64,000 bases of DNA, taken from assembly GCA_964430565.1 (NCBI GenBank), contig CAYSFD010000016.1, positions 14,902-78,901 on the forward strand. Direction: 5' to 3'. Under the pieces are notes generated by a model that made no database searches, was not told where the DNA came from, and saw nothing but the letters and a program-made list of their open reading frames with translations. The DNA comes from an uncultured Enterobacteriaceae bacterium (GTDB lineage: Bacteria; Pseudomonadota; Gammaproteobacteria; Burkholderiales; SG8-39). The translations under genes were made by a program, and so were the position numbers. Below are positions 28,923 to 36,753 of the stretch, in pieces (position 1 is the first letter of the stretch; every line of letters starts with the position of its first letter).

Positions 28923-29747
28923 ATGGATTTCTCGAAGTTCCAGACCGTGAAGGTTGAGATTGCCGATGGCGTTGCCTGGGTGACGATGAACCGCCCGGAC
29001 AAGCGCAATGCGATGAGCCCGCAGATGCACGAGGAGATGATCGCGGCGCTGCGAGCGCTCGCTGAGGCGCCGGAAGCCAAAGTGCTCGTCCTCACCGGCG
29101 CGGGCGAGAGCTGGAGCGCCGGGCAGGACATCCAGCTTTTCTTTCGCGACCTCGACGACAAGCCGATCGAGAAGCGCCGCGCGATCCTCGCTAGCCAGGA
29201 GTGGCGCTGGAACCAGCTCGCGCATTTCCCCAAGCCCACGATCGCGATGGTGAACGGCTTCTGCTACGGCGCCGCGTTCACGCCGCTGGTCGCCTGCGAT
29301 TTCGCGATCGCCGCGGAAGACGCGAAGTTCGGCATCTCCGAGATCAACTGGGGCATCCTGCCGGCAGGCCTCGTCGCCAAAGTCCTGCTCGATGCGGTGA
29401 GCTACCGCGACGCCAAGTGGTACGCGCTCACCGGAGAGCCCTTCGATGGCAAGGTCGCCGCGCAGATCCGCCTCGTAAACTTCGCCGTGCCGCGCGCCAA
29501 GCTTCGCGAGGAGACGCTGAAGCTCGCGAAGATGCTGCTCACAAAGAATCCGCAAGTGTACAAGTCGGTGAAGGAAGTCATGCACCACGTGCGCGGCATG
29601 GACGTCGAGCAGGCGACCGATTACCTGAAGGCGAAGGAGATGGAGATGCGCTTCCTCGACCGCGAGAGCGGGCGCGCGCAAGGCATGAAACAGTTCCTCG
29701 ACGACAAGACCTATCGCCCGGGTCTGGAAACCTACAAGCGCGGGTGA
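28923..29747 (+). CDS. hydroxycinnamoyl-CoA hydratase/lyase (HCHL)-like crotonase
   Basis: In-frame ATG at 28923 of ORF 28068..29747. Collinear by eye with Pseudomonas HCHL as recalled: VKVEIADGVAWVTMNRPDKRNAMSP, KPTIAMVNG, PLVACD, FGISEINWGI, and a C-terminal GMKQFLDDKTYRPGLETYKR. Confidence 0.75.
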   Translation: MDFSKFQTVKVEIADGVAWVTMNRPDKRNAMSPQMHEEMIAALRALAEAPEAKVLVLTGAGESWSAGQDIQLFFRDLDDKPIEKRRAILASQEWRWNQLAHFPKPTIAMVNGFCYGAAFTPLVACDFAIAAEDAKFGISEINWGILPAGLVAKVLLDAVSYRDAKWYALTGEPFDGKVAAQIRLVNFAVPRAKLREETLKLAKMLLTKNPQVYKSVKEVMHHVRGMDVEQATDYLKAKEMEMRFLDRESGRAQGMKQFLDDKTYRPGLETYKRG

Positions 29748-29768
29748 GAAGCTCGTTGGCCACCGCGC

Positions 29769-29849
29769 TGTCATCCTGAGCGTAGCGAGGGATCCGCTTT
29801 TGTTCTTGCGAGAAAAGCAGATTCTTCGGGCTGCGCCCTCAGAATGACA
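29769..29849. repeat. REP/MITE-like inverted-repeat element (gtcatcctgag family)
   Basis: Terminal inverted repeat tgtcatcctgag / ctcagaatgaca encloses an inner hairpin gctttt..aaaagc. Lies in the intergenic gap between two + strand genes. Confidence 0.6.
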
Positions 29850-29865
29850 TGAGAGGAAACCGCCC

Positions 29866-31053
29866 ATGTCGAGCCCGCTGAAAGGCATACGCGTTCTCGA
29901 ACTCGGCCAGTTCATCGCCGGCCCCTACGCCGGGCTGCAGCTCGCCGATCTCGGGGCCAAAGTGATAAAGGTCGAGCGGCCGCAAGGGGGCGACGCTTTC
30001 CGCGAGTTCGGATTGAGCGCGAATGCGCAGGGTTACAGCCACAATTTCTGCGCCTTCAACCGGAACAAATTGAGCCTCACGCTTGACATCGCCTCGCCGC
30101 GCGGGCAGGAGGCGTTTCGCAAGCTCGCGCGGCAGGTCGACGTGGTGCTGGAGAATTTCCGTCCGGGGGTGATGAAGCGCCTGGGACTCGACTACGGGAC
30201 GCTGCGCGCGGCGAACCCCCGTCTCGTTTACTGCTCGATCACCGGGTTCGCGGAGGACGGCCCGTACGGCGAGCGGCCCGCTTACGACGCCGTAGGCCAG
30301 GCGCTTTCTGGGCTGCTCAGCCTGCTGGTCGATCCGAAGGACCCGCGCACGCTCGGGCCGACGCTCTCCGACCAGGTGAGCGGCATGCAGGCCAGCATGG
30401 CGGTGCTCGGCGCACTCTACGATCGCGAGCGCACTGGGAAAGGAGCGCGCGTGGAAGTGACGATGGTCGAGGCGAGCATGGCGCTGATTCCCGATTCGTT
30501 CGCCGCGTACACGCACGCCGGCTACGTGATGCAGCCCGAATCGCGCGCGGCGGTGTCGCTTTCGTTCGCCTTCGCTTGCGCCGACGGCAAGATCCTCGCG
30601 ATCCACGTCTCCTCGATGGAGAAATTCTGGCGAGCGTTAATCGCCGCCATCGAGCGCCCGGACATCGCCGAGGACGCGCGCTTTCGCGAGCGCATGGGGC
30701 GGATCAAGAACTACGAAGCGCTCGTTCAGACGCTCCGGCCCGTGTTCGCCGCGCAGCCGCGCGCGGCCTGGGCGGAACGGCTCGCCGCGCACGACGTGCC
30801 CGCGGCAGTGGTGCATTCCATCCCGGAGGCGATGCAGGAGCCGGAAGTGAAGCACCTCGGCATGTTCCACGAGCTTTCGCACCCGCGCTACGGCAAGATG
30901 ACCGCGATGCGCCGCGCCTCGCGCATCGACGGCGAGCGCGAGTCGCAGCCGCTGCCGCCGCCCGCGCTGGGCGAGCACACCGAGGAGGTCCTGCGGGAAT
31001 TCGGCTTCGCCGCGCCCGAGATCGCCGAGCTGCGTGGGGCCGGCATCATCTGA
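29866..31053 (+). CDS. family III CoA-transferase (CaiB/BaiF family)
   Basis: N-terminus is MSSPLKGIRVLELGQFIAGPYAGLQLADLGAKVIKVERP, followed by an LENFRPG motif. Confidence 0.9.
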   Translation: MSSPLKGIRVLELGQFIAGPYAGLQLADLGAKVIKVERPQGGDAFREFGLSANAQGYSHNFCAFNRNKLSLTLDIASPRGQEAFRKLARQVDVVLENFRPGVMKRLGLDYGTLRAANPRLVYCSITGFAEDGPYGERPAYDAVGQALSGLLSLLVDPKDPRTLGPTLSDQVSGMQASMAVLGALYDRERTGKGARVEVTMVEASMALIPDSFAAYTHAGYVMQPESRAAVSLSFAFACADGKILAIHVSSMEKFWRALIAAIERPDIAEDARFRERMGRIKNYEALVQTLRPVFAAQPRAAWAERLAAHDVPAAVVHSIPEAMQEPEVKHLGMFHELSHPRYGKMTAMRRASRIDGERESQPLPPPALGEHTEEVLREFGFAAPEIAELRGAGII

Positions 31054-31062
31054 GGAACGACT

Positions 31063-32214
31063 ATGGACTTCAGCTTCACCGAAGCGCAGCGCATGATGCG
31101 CGACAGCGTACGCAAGGCGATGGACCGCATCGCCACGCCCGAGTACGTGCGGCGCCTCGACCGCGAGCAGGCCTATCCGCGGGAGCTTTACGACGCCTGG
31201 GTGGAGCTCGGCCTGCTGCGCATTCCCTTCGCCGAGGAGTACGGGGGCCTGGGCGGCAGCGTCATCGACCTCGTGATCGTCGCCGAGGAGATTTCGCGAA
31301 AGAGCGCGGACTTCTTCATGGCCTACGCGGGAAGCGTGTTCTGCGGGCTGAACGTCGAGAGGAAAGGCACCGAGGAACAGAAGCGTCACTGGCTACCGAA
31401 GCTCCTATCGGGCGAAATCAAGATGTCGATCTCGATGTCGGAACCCGAAGCCGGTTCGGACATCGCCGCGATGCGCACGAGCGCCCGGCGTGACGGCGAC
31501 GAGTACGTCATCTCCGGTCAGAAACTCTGGGCGACGGGCGCCGGCGCGAAAGGAAACGTCATCAACGTCTACGTGAAGACCGATCCGCAGGCGAACATCC
31601 GCCAGGGCATGTCGCTCTTCCTCGTGGACAACACGGCGAAGGGCCTGGAATTGAAGAAGCTCGAGATGCTCGGGCGCCGCTGCACCGGCACCTACGAGGT
31701 CTTCTTCAACGACGTGCGCGTGCCGCCCGAGCGCCTCGTCGGGGGCGAAAACCGGGGCTGGGACTGCATCCTCTCCGGCCTGCAGGCCGAGCGCATCACT
31801 TCGGCCGCGGGCAACCTCGGTGCGGCGCAGGCTTGCCTCGACCTCGCGGTCGAGTATGCCAAAGAGCGGAAGCAGTTCGGCCGCGCGATCGGGACCAACC
31901 AGGCGATCGCGCACCTGCTTGCCGACATGGCGACCGAGATCGAGGCGGCGCGCGCGCTCACCTGGCGCGCGGCCTGGATGGTCTCCGGCGGCCAGGACGC
32001 GCTCCGCGAAATCTCGATGGCGAAGCTTTTTTCCTCCGAGGCCTACGTCAAGTGCGCGAACCTCGGCATGCAGGTCTTCGGCGGCTACGGCTACAGCATG
32101 GAGTTCGACATGCAGCGCCACTACCGCGACTCGCGCTCGGCCACCATCGCCGCGGGCACCTCGCAAATTCAGCGCAACATCATAGCCGGCCTGATGGGGC
32201 TGAAGGTGCAGTAA
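31063..32214 (+). CDS. acyl-CoA dehydrogenase family protein
   Basis: 383-aa ORF with SMSEPEAGSD, the ISGQKLWATG segment, QVFGGYGYS and IAAGTSQIQRNI. Confidence 0.9.
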   Translation: MDFSFTEAQRMMRDSVRKAMDRIATPEYVRRLDREQAYPRELYDAWVELGLLRIPFAEEYGGLGGSVIDLVIVAEEISRKSADFFMAYAGSVFCGLNVERKGTEEQKRHWLPKLLSGEIKMSISMSEPEAGSDIAAMRTSARRDGDEYVISGQKLWATGAGAKGNVINVYVKTDPQANIRQGMSLFLVDNTAKGLELKKLEMLGRRCTGTYEVFFNDVRVPPERLVGGENRGWDCILSGLQAERITSAAGNLGAAQACLDLAVEYAKERKQFGRAIGTNQAIAHLLADMATEIEAARALTWRAAWMVSGGQDALREISMAKLFSSEAYVKCANLGMQVFGGYGYSMEFDMQRHYRDSRSATIAAGTSQIQRNIIAGLMGLKVQ

Positions 32215-32223
32215 TGCAGACGG

Positions 32224-32772
32224 CTAGAACTTGATCTGCAAGCCGGCGAAACCGCCTTTATCCACGTTCGACTTGGCTCCGCTGTCGAGCTCGGTCTGTA
32301 CCTGGCGGTAGCCGATATACAGAAAGCTGTTCTTGATCAACTCGACCTCCGCACGCACGCCGGCCTCCCAGAACCACACCCCGTCCAGGAAGGTCACGAC
32401 GCGAGGCGCGAAGAAGCCGTAACCTGCGACGGAAAACGGGCCGTCGCCGAAGAACCATCGCAGCTGTCCGCCCAGTCCCAGCGCGAGGACTTCGTCATTG
32501 TCGATGGAAATGGCATACAACTTGCCCCCGAGGCCGGCATCGACTCGCGACCCCCCCACGCGCGTTTCACCCGTCGCAAGCAGGCCAACATTGACGAGCT
32601 GGTCCTTTTGATCTCTGTTGTACAAGGCACCGAAGGTCCATTCCCCGAAGCCGACCCCGGAGTTATATTTGGCCTCGATAGTGTCGCTCGATAGATTGAG
32701 ATCCACGGAATCCGCCGCCGCCGAAGCGGTCGCTGCGGCAAGCAGGGCAAAAACGATCACACGCAAACGCAT
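32224..32772 (-). CDS. small outer-membrane beta-barrel protein (YfaZ-like)
   Basis: Met 28 of ORF 32224..32853, with GGAGGA upstream. Signal peptide MRLRVIVFALLAAATASAAA. Alternating-hydrophobicity strands and a terminal ...GLQIKF, the aromatic C-terminus typical of OMPs. Confidence 0.65.
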   Translation of the reverse strand: MRLRVIVFALLAAATASAAADSVDLNLSSDTIEAKYNSGVGFGEWTFGALYNRDQKDQLVNVGLLATGETRVGGSRVDAGLGGKLYAISIDNDEVLALGLGGQLRWFFGDGPFSVAGYGFFAPRVVTFLDGVWFWEAGVRAEVELIKNSFLYIGYRQVQTELDSGAKSNVDKGGFAGLQIKF

Positions 32773-32920
32773 GATGCTCCTCCGAAATTCAAGTTGATCT
32801 CCCCATGAAAGATGGCGGATTATCCCATCCCTTGAAGCGTTGCAGCAGATCATTCCGCCCGAACGGGCGAACGGGCGGCAATCCCGGAGTTCAAGCGCAC
32901 CGGGTATGGCGCCGCTGCCA

Positions 32921-35074
32921 TCAGAAATCCCAGCGGTAACCCAGTGAGAAGAAATTGCGCCGGACTTTCTCTTCGAATCCTTCGCTGCGCGTGGTCGAGT
33001 TCTCGGCGCCGGCTTCGACCTCGAACGTCACGCTGTTTCCCCACTTGTAGCCCAGGCGAGCAATGGGAGAAATGCGCTGCAGCTTGGAACCATTGTCGTT
33101 GGTCTGCTCGTACCACAGGACCACACCTTCCAGCGTCCAGAGCCCGGCCAACGGCGCGCGGCTGCTGAGCCGCCAGGAGTGGCCCCGGAAAGTGAGGGCG
33201 GAGAGTTGGCTTGCGGACACCACGGTTACGTCGCGCTTCGCGAGCAAACCGGTGCCGATGGCCTGCTCGTTGAGCACGTAGATGTTGCCGCTGCCCGGCG
33301 TCGCCGGGATCGTTCCAGGCTGGTCTCGCGACACCGTCCCGTCCGTAGGCGAAATTCGCGACACGTTGAAGCCGGCGCCGAGCTGCCAGGCAGGAGTCAC
33401 CGGGTGCGTCAAGCCGGCGGAGGCGAATGTCGACTGCGCGGTAAGCGCCCGCGCGCGCTGGCGCAGTTCTTCTTCACTGTAGGTTTGGAGCAGCGTCTGA
33501 ATAGAACTCGTAGGCTCGCCGAGAATCGCGGTGATTGTTTGCAGCGTCGGGGTCATGCGGTAATCGACGATCATGTTGTACGAGGTCTTCCAGGGGGCCA
33601 GCCAGTTGGCCTGCATCGTTGCGATGTTGAGGTGCCGGAATACCGTGTCGTAGTCCAGCATTGAAATGAAAGCCCCCTGCGGCGCGAAGTAGCGCACCTC
33701 CGTACCGACCACTTGGCGATCGATGATGCTGTCGACGGTCTGCTGCAGTAAATACGCGCTTCCGCTCCAGCGCTCATACAGGGGACCGATATCGGTGCTG
33801 ACGCCGTAGAGGCGGCGTTTCGAATCTATCGTGAAACTGTAGTCGAACGGCTCGCCGCCAACCAGATTGAGGCGCAGGCCGGGCAGGACCCCGTAGCCGA
33901 GCAAAACGCCGTCGAATCGCCCGAGAACCCCGCCGGTGTTGGCCGGCTGCCGCCCGACGCGCGCCGATGCGTCGGCGGGTTTGTACTTGTACTCGTAATA
34001 GGCGGAATCCAGGCGATTGACGTCCTTCTGCCCGCTGACGAAGTTCTGTGTATTCAGGTCGCGGAACACGAGCCGGTTGTCGTGCGTCTCGTCAAGGAAG
34101 CGGGCGTTGAGATTGAGACTGCTCACCAGCGCCAACTGGTCGGTCAGCGACAGCGTGGTCTGGTCGAGCGTATTCGCAACCACCTGCTGAGTGTCGATCT
34201 TGCTGGCGCCGTGGTAGTAGATCTGGGACAAGCTGCCCACGGTGATCGACCGCCAACCGACGCCCGTCTGAACAGGGGCGCGCAGCGTTTCGGCTCGCGG
34301 TGCGGCGCCCAGGTTCGCCAGCCTCTGGCGCACGCGCACCGAGTCCTCCCCCTCCGGATAGCGCTTGAGGTAGTTCCCGTATTCCAGCCTGGCGCGGGCC
34401 GTGTCGCCGCGGCGCTCGTAGGCGAGCGCCAGGAATTCCTGGGCGTCGCGGCTGAGTTCGCTCTCGGGTAGTGCGAGCAGCTGCGTGAAGGCGCGTACCG
34501 CCGCGGCGTAATCCTCGCGAGTGATCGCGCTGCGGCCCTCGGCCATCAGCGCCTCGGCGGCGCCGGGAGCCGGCTGCGCGGGCGCCGAAGGAATCTGCGG
34601 CGTCGCCGCCCGCGGCGAGGTCGCCAGCGGGGGTGTCGGCGGCGGCGGCGCTACAGACGGCAGCGCCGGCGCCGAAGGAGCGGGAGGAGCTGGAGGAGCT
34701 GGAGGAGCAGGTTTCGCCTTTTGCTGCGCTTTCACCACGTTGTCGCGCTCCAGCGGATGGACGGCGATCACGCGCGCTTCCCGAAAGCTCTTCACGAGCT
34801 GCTGTCTCGCGCGCTCCGCTTCGTTGCGCGTGTCGAAGAAGCCGAGACACAGCTGATAGCTCACCGCGTTTCCCGACTTCAGGACCCGCCAGTAGAGCTG
34901 ATTGCTCCTGAAGGCCGAGGGCAGCGGGGTGGAGGGGCGCTCGCTCGTCCTCGCTACAGTCGCGAGCGCGACCACGTAAAGTTCCGATGCCGCCGGCGAC
35001 TGGGCGTGCGCCGCCGGCAAAACCAGAAAGAGGCCGGACGCCGCGAGCTGCGGTAGAAGGCCGCGCAAGGTCAT
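32921..35074 (-). CDS. outer-membrane protein: SPOR-like domain + Pro-rich linker + TPR + large C-terminal beta-barrel
   Basis: Signal peptide ...LPAAHAQ. SPOR-like segment YVVALATV...YQLCLGFFDTRNEAERARQQL. PAPPAPPAPPAP linker. TPR-like helices (YAAAVRAFTQLL..LALAYERRGDTARARLEY). About 450 aa of strand-like sequence ending GYRWDF. Confidence 0.7.
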   Translation of the reverse strand: MTLRGLLPQLAASGLFLVLPAAHAQSPAASELYVVALATVARTSERPSTPLPSAFRSNQLYWRVLKSGNAVSYQLCLGFFDTRNEAERARQQLVKSFREARVIAVHPLERDNVVKAQQKAKPAPPAPPAPPAPSAPALPSVAPPPPTPPLATSPRAATPQIPSAPAQPAPGAAEALMAEGRSAITREDYAAAVRAFTQLLALPESELSRDAQEFLALAYERRGDTARARLEYGNYLKRYPEGEDSVRVRQRLANLGAAPRAETLRAPVQTGVGWRSITVGSLSQIYYHGASKIDTQQVVANTLDQTTLSLTDQLALVSSLNLNARFLDETHDNRLVFRDLNTQNFVSGQKDVNRLDSAYYEYKYKPADASARVGRQPANTGGVLGRFDGVLLGYGVLPGLRLNLVGGEPFDYSFTIDSKRRLYGVSTDIGPLYERWSGSAYLLQQTVDSIIDRQVVGTEVRYFAPQGAFISMLDYDTVFRHLNIATMQANWLAPWKTSYNMIVDYRMTPTLQTITAILGEPTSSIQTLLQTYSEEELRQRARALTAQSTFASAGLTHPVTPAWQLGAGFNVSRISPTDGTVSRDQPGTIPATPGSGNIYVLNEQAIGTGLLAKRDVTVVSASQLSALTFRGHSWRLSSRAPLAGLWTLEGVVLWYEQTNDNGSKLQRISPIARLGYKWGNSVTFEVEAGAENSTTRSEGFEEKVRRNFFSLGYRWDF

Positions 35075-35101
35075 GTCAAGATCCCCGATGCGAAGGTCGC
35101 G

Positions 35102-35578
35102 TCAGAGTTTTTCCCCGGCGGTGGGTTGACCTCCCTCCCCATCGGACACGAGAGGCAGATCGAGCAGCAGGCTGCGACGATCCTCGCCCAGGCGGATCTG
35201 GTGGCGGACCGCGCGATCGAACCGGATCACGATGCAAACCGGCTGGGGCGCGGGACCGCAGCGCGGATCCAGGGTCACCCTCACTGTGAAGCGAGGCACC
35301 AGAGCGCTCTCCGGCGAGCGCTTCACTTCATCGGGACCGGACCTGTCGCCGAAGTTCTCCGGCGCAAGCGCCTGCAGGTACACGTTGACGCTGTCGCCGC
35401 TCGCCGAAGAGTAGTCGCGGAGATAGTGCACCGGCCCGGTAAGACGTAGCCGGACCTTCGCCTCGAGGCCGTGACGCTCGATCGCGATATCGTCGATCAC
35501 CTCGGCGATCACCGGCGGCGTGTGCACCGCAGCGGCGATCGACAGCACGGCGAGGACCCTGAGCAGGATGTGACGCAT
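35102..35578 (-). CDS. secreted AMIN-like domain protein
   Basis: Signal peptide MRHILLRVLAVLSIAAAV. IDDIAIERHGLEAKVRLRLTGPVHY...SLLLDLP resembles the AMIN (AmiC/PilQ N-terminal) pattern. Confidence 0.5.
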   Translation of the reverse strand: MRHILLRVLAVLSIAAAVHTPPVIAEVIDDIAIERHGLEAKVRLRLTGPVHYLRDYSSASGDSVNVYLQALAPENFGDRSGPDEVKRSPESALVPRFTVRVTLDPRCGPAPQPVCIVIRFDRAVRHQIRLGEDRRSLLLDLPLVSDGEGGQPTAGEKL

Positions 35579-35750
35579 TCGCGTCGCGCCTCAGAAGCCG
35601 GAGTTCATGTAACGACGATGAACGCTGCGGCTTGTCGTGATCGTTCCGCCGCGCGCACGGCAGGCGTGCCTCGCGCCGGAGCGGTCGTTCAGCGGCTTTG
35701 CCTCGCACACGTTCAGCCCCCCGACTCACCAACTCTTGTAGGCGGCGCCC

Positions 35751-36740
35751 TCAAAGCGTCCAGCGCGAGTAGGCGCTGCCGGTGTTGCCTAGGGGCCTAT
35801 GGCACCCGGACTGCGAGCAATCTGTGACCCCGGTGCTTTTGTTATGGGTCAACGACATCCTCTGCTCGTTGCCGAGATAGTTCGTGCTGCCGCTTAAATG
35901 GCAGCCCTTGCACCAGCCCGAACCATTGCCCAGCGAGTTGTTGTGGTTCATCCTCTGAATCGTAAAACTCGTGGTGCTGGTGTGACAGGCGTCGCAGCCC
36001 ATGCTCGAGCCGGCGAGCAATTGCGACTGGTAGGGGATGTGGTTGGCCGGTTTGCCCTTCGCCGTGGTGCCGTTATGACAGGTTCCGCATGTTCCAGGCG
36101 TCACGCTGGCGTGACTGAAGGTCCCCGGCAGCCATGCGGTGGTGCGGTGACACAGATCACAGGATGCCGAAGTTACGATATGGTTGCTCGGCTTGCCCCT
36201 CGCCGTGGTTCCGTTGTGGCAGCTTGCGCATGTTCCGGGTGTAACGCTCGCGTGGTTGAAGCTCGCCGGGATCCATGCGGTGGTGCGATGGCAAGTGTCG
36301 CAAGACGCCGTGGTCAGCATATGGTTGGTCGGCTTACCGGTCGCCGTGCTGCCGTTGTGGCACGAAGCACAGGTGCCCGGCGCAACTGCGGCGTGGGAGA
36401 AGCGTGCGCCGGCCCACGTGACCGAGGAGCGATGGCAGACATCGCATTGCTCGGCCGTCTGGACATGCCGCATGGGCTTGACCGTGGCTGCGATGCGGCC
36501 GCCTGCGCGGTGGCAGTATTCGCACTGCGTCGGTGTGCCTTCCATGCGTCCGCCCACATGGCAGGTTTCGCAGGGCGTGATGGCGTGCACGCCGGTGAGC
36601 GGAAAGTTCGTGCGAAGATGATCGAAACTGCCGCGACCCCCTTGTTGCGCGAGCGAAGCACCCGCCTGCGCGAGAATCACCATCGCCATGAAACCGGTGA
36701 AGACGGACCGTGCAAGATAACGCGTGCGCGTGGCAGTCAT
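35751..36740 (-). CDS. multihaem c-type cytochrome, 10 CXXCH + 1 CX4CH (doubled-CXXCH repeat family)
   Basis: Signal peptide ...AGASLAQQ. Haem motifs: CETCH, CEYCH, CDVCH, CASCH, CDTCH, CASCH, CDLCH, CGTCH, CDACH, CKGCH, CSQSGCH. Three tandem ~43-aa repeats of the form PGTCxSCHNGTTAxGKPxNH..T.ASCDxCHRTTAW. Confidence 0.9.
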   Translation of the reverse strand: MTATRTRYLARSVFTGFMAMVILAQAGASLAQQGGRGSFDHLRTNFPLTGVHAITPCETCHVGGRMEGTPTQCEYCHRAGGRIAATVKPMRHVQTAEQCDVCHRSSVTWAGARFSHAAVAPGTCASCHNGSTATGKPTNHMLTTASCDTCHRTTAWIPASFNHASVTPGTCASCHNGTTARGKPSNHIVTSASCDLCHRTTAWLPGTFSHASVTPGTCGTCHNGTTAKGKPANHIPYQSQLLAGSSMGCDACHTSTTSFTIQRMNHNNSLGNGSGWCKGCHLSGSTNYLGNEQRMSLTHNKSTGVTDCSQSGCHRPLGNTGSAYSRWTL

Positions 36741-36753
36741 AACCTCTCTCCTT

